Origin: Candidatus Raymondbacteria bacterium RIFOXYA2_FULL_49_16
GTDB lineage: Bacteria; Fibrobacterota; OXYB2-FULL-49-7; XYB2-FULL-49-35
Direction of reading: 5' to 3'
DNA length: 64,000 nucleotides
Assembly (NCBI GenBank): GCA_001789205.1
Contig: MFYT01000039.1
Coordinates: 85,295 to 149,294 of the forward strand
Position 1 is the stretch's first letter. Each line of letters opens with the position of its first letter. This document shows, in pieces, positions 27,559 through 36,980 of this stretch. The notes under the pieces were generated by a model. It ran no database searches. It saw nothing but the letters and a program-made list of their open reading frames with translations, and was not told where the DNA came from. Both the position numbers and the translations under genes were made by a program.

Positions 27559-29841
27559 ATGGATAAAGAATTCTTCGTCATACGTCATAGAGCGCCCATT
27601 ATCGCTGCATGCCTGCTTTTAGCAGGCATAATGGGGTTTCAATTGAGAAAATTGGAAATTAACGCTGACTTTCTTTTCATGTTTTCTCCGACCATGCAGT
27701 CGCGTGTGAATACCGAAAAAATTGAGAAAATATTCGGTTCAAATGACATGCTTTTTGTTCTTCTTGAAACGCAGGATGTGCTGGACCAGGCAACGCTGGT
27801 GCGTGTGAAAAATATTGGTCAGGAACTTAAGAAGGTCCCTGGAATCAAAAATGTAATATCATTGTTCGACACAAAGGACATTCGCGGTGAAAACGGTTCA
27901 ATGATTGTTGAACCAGCGGTTACGGCAATCCCAACGACCGATGTAGAGCGTCGGGCCTTGAGGCAATCCCTGCTGGCCAATGAACTTGCCAAGGAAGTGG
28001 TGGTGTCAAAAGACTTCAAAGTGACTGCCATGCTCATGAGCCTTGATCTCAATGCTTCAAAAAAAGACATATACCAGGCTGTCAAAAACACGGTCCAGGC
28101 GTTTCCAGGCAATGAAAAGACGCTTATTGGCGGCATACCTGCTTTTCAAACAGTGATCATTGACAATATAATCCACGATATCCTCATCCTGCTCCCAGGA
28201 GCGCTGCTTATCATTCTCTTTATTTTATATGCTTTTTTCCGGCAGATGCGCGGCATTGTGCTTCCCTTATGTGTTGTATTATTATCAACAATCTTTGGCA
28301 TGGGCATTTTACCGCTCATGGGCTGGAAAATGACGGTTTTGTCCGCGATCCTTCCAATTATGGTTATCGCCTTTTCCAATAATTACGGTATATACCTGAT
28401 TGCGCGATACCAGGACCTGTGCGCCAGCTCCGGTAGCCTGACAAAAAAACAGATTGCAGTTGATGTGTTCAGGGTTCTGTATAAGCCTATCCTGTTTTCA
28501 GGAATCACCACCATGGTTGGGCTGCTGGGCATGCTTTTCCACGCCATTATACCAGCCAAACAAATCGGTGTAGCAGCGTCCATTGCCATAGGTTTTTCAC
28601 TTGTGGTCAGTTTGGGGGGAATCCCGGCTATTTTATCCATGTTGAAATTGCCCAAAAAAAAGACCAGGAGCGCTGGGCTTGGTTCTGTACCGCTTTTGGA
28701 TTCGGGCCTGCATAAAACAGCGGAAGTAGTTGTGCGGCGCCCTGGAATGGTATTGCTTGCAGCGGCAATCATAGCTGCCGTGGGAATCGGATCAGCAACA
28801 CACGTAATCGTGGACGCAAACCAGGAGAACCTGTTTGGGAAAAACCACCCAATCACCACATGCACACGGCTCATAAACCGACATTTCGGCGGTTCGCAAA
28901 ATGTTTCAGTGCTTTTTGAAGGTGATATAAAAGATCCGCAGCTGCTACGTTTAATGGAGAGCTACAAGGACACGCTGCAGAAGCTGCCTGGAGTGGGACA
29001 GGTCACCTCAATAGCGGACATTATCCGGATCATGAGCAAGGCGCTGAACGATTCGGGCACACCCGGGTACAATAGCATTCCCGATACCCGTGATGCAATT
29101 GCGCAATATCTTGAACTCTATTCCATGAGCGGAAGTCCTGAAGATTTTGAACGCCTAGTTGACTTTAATTACGAAAAGGCCCAATTTATCGTGCGTATTA
29201 CCAATGGCGCAACGCCAATAATCAATACCATTATACGCAAAATAGACACCATGCGTAAAAAGGACAAATCCATAGCGTTTGTAGGCGGTTGGGCAGCCAT
29301 GTTTGCGGAATTGGCAGCAGTCATGTTAAAGGGACAAATCATGTCCATTGTATCTGCTTTGTGCGCCATTGTCATTTTAGTCATGTTCATGTTCCGTTCA
29401 GTGGTTGCCGGGTTGCTATCCGCAATTCCCCTGGTATTTGCCATTGTCGTTGGGTTTGGCACCATGGGTGCGTTTGGCATTTATTTGGATGTTGCCACAG
29501 CGCTTATCACCTCAATTATAATAGGCACTGGCGTTGATTTTACTTTGCAGTTTCTCTGGAGATACCGCAGCATACGCCAAAGCGGCATGTCCTATGGAGA
29601 GGCCATAAAAGAAACCTATGCGACCATTGGAAGGGCCATTGTCTTCAATGCTTTTTGCGTGGCTTCGGGTCTGGGCGTTATGATTTTTTCGTCCATACCG
29701 CCGCTTCGGTATTTTGCCATACTTTTTGGCGTGCTTACCCTTGCGTGCATGTGCGGGGCGCTGATTGTGATACCAGCGCTGTGCCTGGTCTGCAAGCCCA
29801 AGTTTTTAGAACCAATACAAGCGGATAACACTCATTCTTGA
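27559..29841 (+). CDS. MMPL/RND-superfamily exporter (12 TM, two periplasmic loops)
   Basis: Two bundles of 6 TM helices each preceded by a large loop. Sequence typical of MMPL/HpnN-like 'predicted exporters'. RBS AGAGAGGA precedes the ATG at 27559. Confidence 0.75.
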   Translation: MDKEFFVIRHRAPIIAACLLLAGIMGFQLRKLEINADFLFMFSPTMQSRVNTEKIEKIFGSNDMLFVLLETQDVLDQATLVRVKNIGQELKKVPGIKNVISLFDTKDIRGENGSMIVEPAVTAIPTTDVERRALRQSLLANELAKEVVVSKDFKVTAMLMSLDLNASKKDIYQAVKNTVQAFPGNEKTLIGGIPAFQTVIIDNIIHDILILLPGALLIILFILYAFFRQMRGIVLPLCVVLLSTIFGMGILPLMGWKMTVLSAILPIMVIAFSNNYGIYLIARYQDLCASSGSLTKKQIAVDVFRVLYKPILFSGITTMVGLLGMLFHAIIPAKQIGVAASIAIGFSLVVSLGGIPAILSMLKLPKKKTRSAGLGSVPLLDSGLHKTAEVVVRRPGMVLLAAAIIAAVGIGSATHVIVDANQENLFGKNHPITTCTRLINRHFGGSQNVSVLFEGDIKDPQLLRLMESYKDTLQKLPGVGQVTSIADIIRIMSKALNDSGTPGYNSIPDTRDAIAQYLELYSMSGSPEDFERLVDFNYEKAQFIVRITNGATPIINTIIRKIDTMRKKDKSIAFVGGWAAMFAELAAVMLKGQIMSIVSALCAIVILVMFMFRSVVAGLLSAIPLVFAIVVGFGTMGAFGIYLDVATALITSIIIGTGVDFTLQFLWRYRSIRQSGMSYGEAIKETYATIGRAIVFNAFCVASGLGVMIFSSIPPLRYFAILFGVLTLACMCGALIVIPALCLVCKPKFLEPIQADNTHS

Positions 29842-29853
29842 AGGAGGTAATAT

Positions 29854-30645
29854 ATGCGCAGGTCTCTCATGAGTATTTCCCTGGCTGCAATACTGGCCTT
29901 GGCTGCGATTGTGTTTTCACAGGAAAATCCCAAACAGATTGTGCAAAAGTCGCAGGATGCCATGACTGTTGCAGGTTCAGAATCCATCAGTACCCTTACT
30001 ATCAATGATGGTAAAGGCAATCAGCGGGTGCGGAAGTTCTCGTCCGCGCAAAAGGCCGATGCTTCCAAGCAGGTGACAAAGATGGTCATGAGGTTTCTTG
30101 AACCAGCGGATGTAAAAGGCACGGGCATACTCACGTTCGACTATGACAACAAGGACGATGATATGTGGCTGTATATGCCCGCGCTCAGAAAGGTCCGCCG
30201 AATTGTGAGCGGGGAGAAGACAAAAAGCTTTATGGGTTCTGAATTTTCCAATGCTGATATTACCAAGCCGTCGATGTCGGATTTTACCTATGCAATGCTG
30301 GGCAGTGAAACACTTAATGATGTTGCGTGCTGGAAAATAGAGATGACACCCGCGTCTTCGGCCATAGGCGATGCATGCGGATATTCCAAAAAAATCGCCT
30401 GGATTGGGAAAGAGGATTATACTACACGAAAAACGGAGTTCTTTGACCTGGCCGGGTCGCTGACAAAGGTGATGATAACAGACAAAATCACGTGTCTCGA
30501 TGAAAAGCACAAGAAATACCAGCCAGTGGACATTACCATGCAGAACAAGCAGAATGGCCGTTCGTCCAGGTTTGTGATAGAAAAAGTGGTTTTTAATCCG
30601 AATGTTAAAGATGCATATTTTACCACAGATTATTTGGAGAAATAG
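29854..30645 (+). CDS. LolA-like outer membrane lipoprotein-sorting family protein
   Basis: Signal peptide. 'DMWLYMPALRKVRRIVSGEKTKSFMGSEFSNADI' parallels the ORF at 18889. Confidence 0.6.
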   Translation: MRRSLMSISLAAILALAAIVFSQENPKQIVQKSQDAMTVAGSESISTLTINDGKGNQRVRKFSSAQKADASKQVTKMVMRFLEPADVKGTGILTFDYDNKDDDMWLYMPALRKVRRIVSGEKTKSFMGSEFSNADITKPSMSDFTYAMLGSETLNDVACWKIEMTPASSAIGDACGYSKKIAWIGKEDYTTRKTEFFDLAGSLTKVMITDKITCLDEKHKKYQPVDITMQNKQNGRSSRFVIEKVVFNPNVKDAYFTTDYLEK

Positions 30646-30650
30646 ATTGT

Positions 30651-31121
30651 ATGAAGGGAAATAGCAGTCTGCGTCTTAATGCGTGCAGTGTAATCCTGAG
30701 ACTGGTTTTGTTCTGCTTTTCCTGCGTCTGCGCGCAGTCAGAGGGCGATAGTATTCTTGGGCAATGGTATACTGAAAAATGCCAGGCTGCGTTTCATTTT
30801 TACTGTTCTGGTCAGGAATACAAAGCAAAGATGGTTCCTCTTGAAAAACCTGATATGGTGGACACAAAAAATCCGGTTGATTCCCTTAAGACGCGAAAGT
30901 TGAATGGCACAACGACTATTTATGGCCTTGTATACAATTCCAAGAAAAAGCAATGGGAAAATGGGAAAGTGTATAATCCTGAAGACGGGAGAACGTATTC
31001 CTGTTATTGTTTTCTGAAAAAGGGCGGAACTCAGTTGTTTTTCAAGGGGTATCTTGGTGTAAGTGTTTTAGGTGGAAGCCAAATATGGACACGGGAGAAA
31101 TGCACAAAGGGCCGAAGGTAA
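30651..31121 (+). CDS. DUF2147-like small secreted protein
   Basis: Signal peptide, then 'ILGQWYTEK...', and length of about 150 aa, resembling the DUF2147 family. Identification is weak. Confidence 0.35.
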   Translation: MKGNSSLRLNACSVILRLVLFCFSCVCAQSEGDSILGQWYTEKCQAAFHFYCSGQEYKAKMVPLEKPDMVDTKNPVDSLKTRKLNGTTTIYGLVYNSKKKQWENGKVYNPEDGRTYSCYCFLKKGGTQLFFKGYLGVSVLGGSQIWTREKCTKGRR

Positions 31122-31410
31122 TTACTTAGGTTTCTAACGCATGCGCTACCAGAGCCTAGTGGTAAGTGCAGGCTTTCTAAGATGGTATTTAAAACACCTG
31201 GACAAGCTCAAAAAAGCCCTTAATGTGTAAGATGCTGAGAATAAGAAAGATAGCTATCGTGGGCATTTTGCATTATCGGAATAGTGCGAGTCAGTGCGGA
31301 ATTATGCCGGATTTTTCCTGAAATTTGTCACTGTTTTTCAGCCTTTTTTATATCGCCAGAAGGTTTTTCCTGGTATCTTAAAGATGTAATAATCGAAGGA
31401 GATATAACCA

Positions 31411-33432
31411 ATGCTGAAAACAATGCTCATGATCGCGGCGATTTTTCTTCCGGTAATTGTAATGGGTATACCCCAACAGGGTCAGATTGTTGTTGATCCA
31501 GACCATCCTGGCCGCATGGTTTATAATGATGTGTACGAGAACAGCCGCCTTAAACCCTGTTTTTTCGCTGGTCCGGGCGATCCTGAGGATTTTTTCTACA
31601 ACAATACTCAGGCCAATATCGATCTGCTTGTGGCAAAAGGCGCACGCTGCACATATATTACAGCGTATCTGGGTGATTTTGGCGGCGGCGATCCTGGCAC
31701 TGGAACCACACTTGATGCAACCTTGAATACCTGGGAAACATACATAACAGCGCTCGAGAATGCGGAAATCATCACGGTTTTTTTCTTCTACGACGACAGC
31801 AAGGCGCGTCCTTCAACCTGGCAGACAGACGTGGACAAAATTGTAGCAAAATTCAAGCATCACAAGCTGCTTGTCTGGTCTATTGCCGAGGAATACAGCG
31901 AAGAGCTTACAATATCGCAAGTATCGGAAGTGGCCGCGAGAATCAAATCACAGGATGAATACGGCCATGTTGTTGGCGTGCACCAGCTAAATGGCACCAG
32001 CTTCAATTTCAACAACGATGCCAATCTTGAGATGTTCCTGATCCAATACAATGTTTCAACGCCAGACGCCATACATACGGGCATGGTCAATGCGTGGAAC
32101 AATACAGGCGGGAACAAAATCATCAACATGTCTGAGATAGCCAACCACGCAACGCAAACCAGGGCAATGGTACGTAAATGGAACTGGGCCGCGGCCATGG
32201 GCGGCGCCTCGGCCATTCAAATACTTGGCATGGGAAGGGCAAGCGATCCCTCTGCCAACAATGAACAAGGCAAATACGATGACTGCGTTGCGCTCATGGA
32301 TTTCTTTGAAGGTACTGATGTCAATGCCATGGCGCCGCGTGATGACCTCAAATCAGGCGCAACCAAGTGGCTGCTCGCATATCCGGGGCATTCGTATATT
32401 GCTTACACTGACAATCTGAATGGAAACATGGGCGTTGCAGACATGACCGCAGGGTCGTATTCACTGCAATGGCTCGACATCACGACCGGAACCGTTTCGC
32501 AGACACAGGCAACGCTAACAGCCAGCGCAAACACGGTTATTGCTCCGGTTGGTTTTTCCGGGCATGAAGTCGCAGTATGGATCACCAACGGGTCCACTGG
32601 AGCAACCCCAATACTCACATCAGTCGTGGTGAGCCCTCCTGCTGACACAATCCTTGTCAATGGGTCAGCGACATTCATTGGCCAGGCAAAGGACCAGTAT
32701 GGCGCAAATTTCAGTGAAACCCTGGTCTGGTCGGTAAATGGCGGCGGTTCTGTCAGCAATGGAACGTTTACCAGCAATGGAACAGCAGGAACATACCTGG
32801 TAATCGCCCGGGCAGCGTCTGACGCGGGTGTCCGTGATACAGCCATGGTCGTGGCGCGTCAAGAATACCCGGCGCCAGTCGCGGACAACGCGGACCTGAC
32901 CACGCAGGCAAACACCCTAGTGGGAATCTCGCTGCCGTTTCACAGTATTTCCCAGGGCCCATTTTCATTTATTATTATACAGCAGCCCGTCCATGGGACA
33001 GCGACGGCAACAGGTAATGACGCAGAGTATACTCCTGAAAACGGTTTTATGGGTCTGGATACGTTTACGTGGAAGGTGACTGATCTTTCCAATGGCAAGG
33101 AATCAGACACAGCCGTGGTCACCATTACCGTGGAAGGTATGGGAAATGTTTCCCACTATAATGATTTCCCGGAAAATTCTTTACGGATAAGCGCCTGTCC
33201 CAATCCGTTCAATCCTTCAGTGATCATTTCAGTCCCGGGTTTAATATCGCTTCAGCAGCCTTCCCGCGTATGCATATTTGACACTGGGAGCCGTCTGGTC
33301 GCTGATTTGAGCGCGCAGGTTGTGGACGATACGGTATCGTGGAACGCGTCGAATGTACCCTCGGGAATTTATTTTATAAAAGTTACTTATGGCGGGACTG
33401 TGTTCGCAAAGAAGATATCGTTAATCCGGTAA
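31411..33432 (+). CDS. T9SS-sorted secreted multidomain protein (N-terminal hydrolase-like domain, Big_2 and cadherin-like Ig domains)
   Basis: Signal peptide. Ig-like 'VVSPPADTILVNGSATFIGQAKDQYG'. Cadherin-like 'DTFTWKVTDLSNGKESDTAVVTITV'. C-terminal sorting domain 'ACPNPFNPSVIISV...IYFIKVTYGG'. Confidence 0.6.
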   Translation: MLKTMLMIAAIFLPVIVMGIPQQGQIVVDPDHPGRMVYNDVYENSRLKPCFFAGPGDPEDFFYNNTQANIDLLVAKGARCTYITAYLGDFGGGDPGTGTTLDATLNTWETYITALENAEIITVFFFYDDSKARPSTWQTDVDKIVAKFKHHKLLVWSIAEEYSEELTISQVSEVAARIKSQDEYGHVVGVHQLNGTSFNFNNDANLEMFLIQYNVSTPDAIHTGMVNAWNNTGGNKIINMSEIANHATQTRAMVRKWNWAAAMGGASAIQILGMGRASDPSANNEQGKYDDCVALMDFFEGTDVNAMAPRDDLKSGATKWLLAYPGHSYIAYTDNLNGNMGVADMTAGSYSLQWLDITTGTVSQTQATLTASANTVIAPVGFSGHEVAVWITNGSTGATPILTSVVVSPPADTILVNGSATFIGQAKDQYGANFSETLVWSVNGGGSVSNGTFTSNGTAGTYLVIARAASDAGVRDTAMVVARQEYPAPVADNADLTTQANTLVGISLPFHSISQGPFSFIIIQQPVHGTATATGNDAEYTPENGFMGLDTFTWKVTDLSNGKESDTAVVTITVEGMGNVSHYNDFPENSLRISACPNPFNPSVIISVPGLISLQQPSRVCIFDTGSRLVADLSAQVVDDTVSWNASNVPSGIYFIKVTYGGTVFAKKISLIR

Positions 33433-33447
33433 CGCAAGGAGTTGCAC

Positions 33448-34812
33448 ATGAAAACCATCCTCATTATTCTGGTTCTGGTCCTGTCTCAGGCCGCCTTGTG
33501 CGCGGGCGTTTTCCCTGGAAGCGCGTGGCAATCCAGGCGTCCGATCGACGCGGGCCTCGACTCTCTGAAGCTAGTCCAAATCCAAAACTATTTGGGCGGC
33601 AGGGGCTGCATTGTCCGCAACGGGTACATGGTCTATACCTGGGGAAACCAGTCGCAGCGGACCGATGTCGCCTCGGCCTGTAAACCGTGGTTCAGCACTT
33701 TCCTGTTCAAGGCCGTGGAGGACGGAAAACTTTCCAGCGTTGATGAAAAGGTCGTTAACTACTGGTCCTGCCTCAATGATCTGAACGCGTCCCTGGGGTA
33801 CAAGGACCGGAACATAACCTTCCGGCACATGGCCAACCAGATTTCATGCTACGGCGTACATGAGGCGCCCGGCACGGCCTTTGATTATAACGACTGGCAG
33901 ATGGCCTTGTTCTGGGACATACTCTTTACGCATGTTTATGGCGCTACGTATAGTACCGTTGACGCCACCGTATTACACCCCCTTCTCACTGATATCATGC
34001 AGTGTCAGGACAACCCCACGATGATGGCGTTCGGCACTGGTGATCGTCCGGGCAGGGTGGGCGTTTCAGTGCGCGACTTTGCCAGGTTCGGACTTCTTTA
34101 TCTCAACAAGGGCAACTGGAACGGAACGCAGATCATGAGCGAGGCCAATGCCGTAAAGGCCGTGACCGAACCGCTTCCGAATTCCATTCCGCGGACCACC
34201 GGACAGGCCGCATCCATGTGTTCGGACCGGCGGACCATCGGTTCCGGGACCATTCCTGACAATCAGACAGACCACAATGGTAGTTATTCCTGGCTCTGGT
34301 GGCTCAATGGGACCGATAGAAACGGCTATAAGGTGTGGCCTGACGCGCCTGATGATGTCGCTGCCTGCCTGGGCCATGCCAACGGTAAGCGCGGCATGTG
34401 CTTTATTCCCAGCATGGGCATAGTGATGTCGTGGAACGACACCAAACTTGACCAGTATCCGGCCGGCCCGCCCCATCCGCTGAACACGGCCCTGGAATAC
34501 CTGGTGCAGGCTGATGCCAACTCAACCGCGCCTGGCACGCCGCAGGGTTTTGGCGCAATATCTTCAGAAACACCCGCCATCCATATCTTTCCCAATCCAT
34601 TCAATCCTGAGGTCACAATTGTTACAAGGATCCAAAGTAATCTTCCCGCGCGTGTTGAAATGTGCGATATCGCGGGCCGATACATTGCGACGCTGCGGCT
34701 GGAAAATAATACGGCTGTCTGGAATGCGGGAGACAACCCATCCGGCACGTATATCGCCCGCATGGTACAGGGCGGAAACAGCGTTTCGAGAATGGTCACC
34801 CTCAGAAAATAG
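33448..34812 (+). CDS. T9SS-sorted serine hydrolase of the beta-lactamase/transpeptidase superfamily
   Basis: Signal peptide. SxxK motif 'ASACKPW'. C-terminal sorting domain 'IFPNPFNPEVTIVTR...'. RBS AGGAG lies 7 nt before the ATG. Confidence 0.65.
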   Translation: MKTILIILVLVLSQAALCAGVFPGSAWQSRRPIDAGLDSLKLVQIQNYLGGRGCIVRNGYMVYTWGNQSQRTDVASACKPWFSTFLFKAVEDGKLSSVDEKVVNYWSCLNDLNASLGYKDRNITFRHMANQISCYGVHEAPGTAFDYNDWQMALFWDILFTHVYGATYSTVDATVLHPLLTDIMQCQDNPTMMAFGTGDRPGRVGVSVRDFARFGLLYLNKGNWNGTQIMSEANAVKAVTEPLPNSIPRTTGQAASMCSDRRTIGSGTIPDNQTDHNGSYSWLWWLNGTDRNGYKVWPDAPDDVAACLGHANGKRGMCFIPSMGIVMSWNDTKLDQYPAGPPHPLNTALEYLVQADANSTAPGTPQGFGAISSETPAIHIFPNPFNPEVTIVTRIQSNLPARVEMCDIAGRYIATLRLENNTAVWNAGDNPSGTYIARMVQGGNSVSRMVTLRK

Positions 34813-34829
34813 GCCACTGAAAAAAAGTA

Positions 34830-34863
34830 TTGACTTTCCTTTGTAATGTTGCTATATTAGCAA
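34830..34863 (+). promoter_or_regulatory. Sigma-70-like promoter (TTGACT-17-TATATT) overlapped by a 7-3-7 palindrome GTTGCTA-TAT-TAGCAAC, a putative IclR auto-operator
   Basis: The -35 at 34830-34835 and the -10 at 34853-34858 are read directly from sequence. The palindrome is at 34847-34863. The ATG at 34867 implies a near-leaderless transcript. Confidence 0.45.
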
Positions 34864-34866
34864 CAA

Positions 34867-35595
34867 ATGCTTCCGGCACAACCCAACCAGAGCCTCATCG
34901 ACGGCCTTACTGTTATCCAGGCACTTGCCATGCGCGACGCGCCGGTCGGGTGCCGCGAACTGGCCAGGGAGACAGGCATCGAGCTTACCAAAGTCAACAG
35001 GCTGCTTAAAACCCTGGCGCATATTGGCCTGGCCCGCCAGAATCCGGGACGCAAATATATCACTGGCCCGGGAATTCATGTGCTTGCCTCCCAGGCGCTC
35101 CATGGTTCAGGGCTTTTAAAGACCGCTTTTGATCCTCTGGAAAAGCTATCACAGCTCAACCTTATCGTGGCGCTGGGTGTGCTCTGGCGCGACCAGGTGA
35201 GTTATCTCTATTTCCGCACACCCGGCACCAGCGCTGCACAGGCCATTGGCAGCCTGGGGCTGTTTCCTGCGTCGCAGTCAAGCATAGGCATGGTCACGCT
35301 TGCGGGTATGGAAATGGAAGAGGTGAAGTCATTATATGCGGGCAAAGTCATCCCAGGGTACGAGAATTCGCAGGCACTTTTTTTCAAGGAAGTGCAAAAG
35401 ACCCGGGAACAGGGTTATGGTTTGGTGTACCGCGATGATACAAAAGAGACCAGCATGGCAGTGGCAGTGGGAATGCCTCTGGTGGGTGCCATTGCACTTT
35501 CCGGCAGAATGAAAAACAACGAACAGAATACGTATCTGAAAATACTGAAAAACATTGCAAAGGAAATAACAGAAAGGCTGGAAAAAAACTTATGA
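34867..35595 (+). CDS. IclR family transcriptional regulator
   Basis: N-terminal HTH 'CRELARETGIELTKVNRLLKTLAHIGLA'. C-terminal IclR effector domain 'LVYRDDTKETSMAVAVGMP'. Confidence 0.75.
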   Translation: MLPAQPNQSLIDGLTVIQALAMRDAPVGCRELARETGIELTKVNRLLKTLAHIGLARQNPGRKYITGPGIHVLASQALHGSGLLKTAFDPLEKLSQLNLIVALGVLWRDQVSYLYFRTPGTSAAQAIGSLGLFPASQSSIGMVTLAGMEMEEVKSLYAGKVIPGYENSQALFFKEVQKTREQGYGLVYRDDTKETSMAVAVGMPLVGAIALSGRMKNNEQNTYLKILKNIAKEITERLEKNL

Positions 35596-36980
35596 TGACT
35601 CTTGAACAAGTAAAAGGATTTCCGGTTTTCTATGAAACGGATGTTCTTGTGGTTGGAGGCGGGCCAGCAGGCACGGCCGCTGGGCTTGCCGCGTCTCGCA
35701 ATGGTGCGCAGACGTTGATTGTGGAACAGTTCAACTGTCTTGGCGGCGTAGCCACCGCAGGCGGCCACGGTCATATCTCCCGGTTCGATGAAAACGATAC
35801 AGGACGTAGAATCGCGGGCGGTATCGCCCATGAGATCGGGCAGCGAATCGCGCAAAACGGTTTCGGAAATTATGATTCTTACGGGACTTGGTTTGAAGTT
35901 GAAGGACTCAAGCTGATCCTTGAACGGATGGCGGAAGAGTCAAATGTTAATCTGCTGTATCACACTTTTTTCTGTGATGCTGTTGTTGAACATGGTATTG
36001 TCACCGGCGCCGTTGTCCAGAACAAGAACGGCCGCCGGGTGATTCGTGCAAAACGGATCATTGACTGCACCGGGGATGGCGATGCCGCTTTTCATGCGGG
36101 ATGCCCGAATGAAACGGGCAGGCCTTCAGACGGCAAATGCCAACCCGTGACCTTGATGTTTACCATGGGCGGTGTTGATTGGAAGCGGGTGGAAAAATAT
36201 CGGGAGGAATACCGCAAAAAATATCCTGATGATAAAAATCCGTGGAAACTTGAACGCGTATATGCTGAGGCAGCAGCCAAGGGGGACATGCGGCCGTTCC
36301 AGACGGGAAACATGGGATGGTGGTGGACTCCAACGCGTCCAGACCAGGTGGGAGTTAATTTTACGCATATTATCCATATTGATTCCACCAGGGCGGAGGA
36401 TCTTACACGGGCCACTATTGAAGGACGAAAGCAGGCCTTTGAAACCATTGAGGTATATAAAAAATACATACCTGGCATGGCGCACTGTCACATGGTTTCA
36501 ACACCCTGTACTATTGGCGTCCGGGAATCGCGGCGAATTATGGGGGACTATGTCCTTACGGAAGACGACATAAAAAACCAGCGGGAATTTGAAGATGGGA
36601 TCTGCTATAGTTCTTTTTTTGTGGATATTCACCGCATCGATGGTCCGGGTATGGATCCGACTACATGGAATCCGCCCAAAGGATTCAAGTACCAGATTCC
36701 CTATCGTTCGCTTATTCCCCGGGAGGCGGAGAATATCCTGACTGCCGGCAGGTGTGTAAGTTGTACTCATATTGCGCTAGGTTCCATACGGGTCATGGTG
36801 CCGTGCATGGGCATGGGCGAGGCTGCGGGAACTGCGGCGGCGCTTTCATTGAAATATAACGCCAGTCCAAGGGTCCTTGATATATCGGAACTAAAAAAAC
36901 AACTTTGCACGCAGGGCTGTATACTCAGCGAAGAAGATATTGTTAAAGCGGAACAGGACCGCAAAAGGAGAAAGCTTTGA
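35592..36980 (+). CDS. FAD-dependent oxidoreductase (PF12831 family)
   Basis: Dinucleotide-binding motif 'VLVVGGGPAGTAAGLAA'. The 4-nt overlaps with both neighbouring genes suggest an operon. Confidence 0.7.
   Translation: MMTLEQVKGFPVFYETDVLVVGGGPAGTAAGLAASRNGAQTLIVEQFNCLGGVATAGGHGHISRFDENDTGRRIAGGIAHEIGQRIAQNGFGNYDSYGTWFEVEGLKLILERMAEESNVNLLYHTFFCDAVVEHGIVTGAVVQNKNGRRVIRAKRIIDCTGDGDAAFHAGCPNETGRPSDGKCQPVTLMFTMGGVDWKRVEKYREEYRKKYPDDKNPWKLERVYAEAAAKGDMRPFQTGNMGWWWTPTRPDQVGVNFTHIIHIDSTRAEDLTRATIEGRKQAFETIEVYKKYIPGMAHCHMVSTPCTIGVRESRRIMGDYVLTEDDIKNQREFEDGICYSSFFVDIHRIDGPGMDPTTWNPPKGFKYQIPYRSLIPREAENILTAGRCVSCTHIALGSIRVMVPCMGMGEAAGTAAALSLKYNASPRVLDISELKKQLCTQGCILSEEDIVKAEQDRKRRKL

Noticed and set aside
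31141-31230. 29-codon ORF (MRYQSLVVSAGFLRWYLKHLDKLKKALNV) in the 31.1-31.4 kb intergenic region
   Set aside because: No RBS, and no conservation or paralog to support it, unlike the 57-aa peptides at 47582 and 50983.
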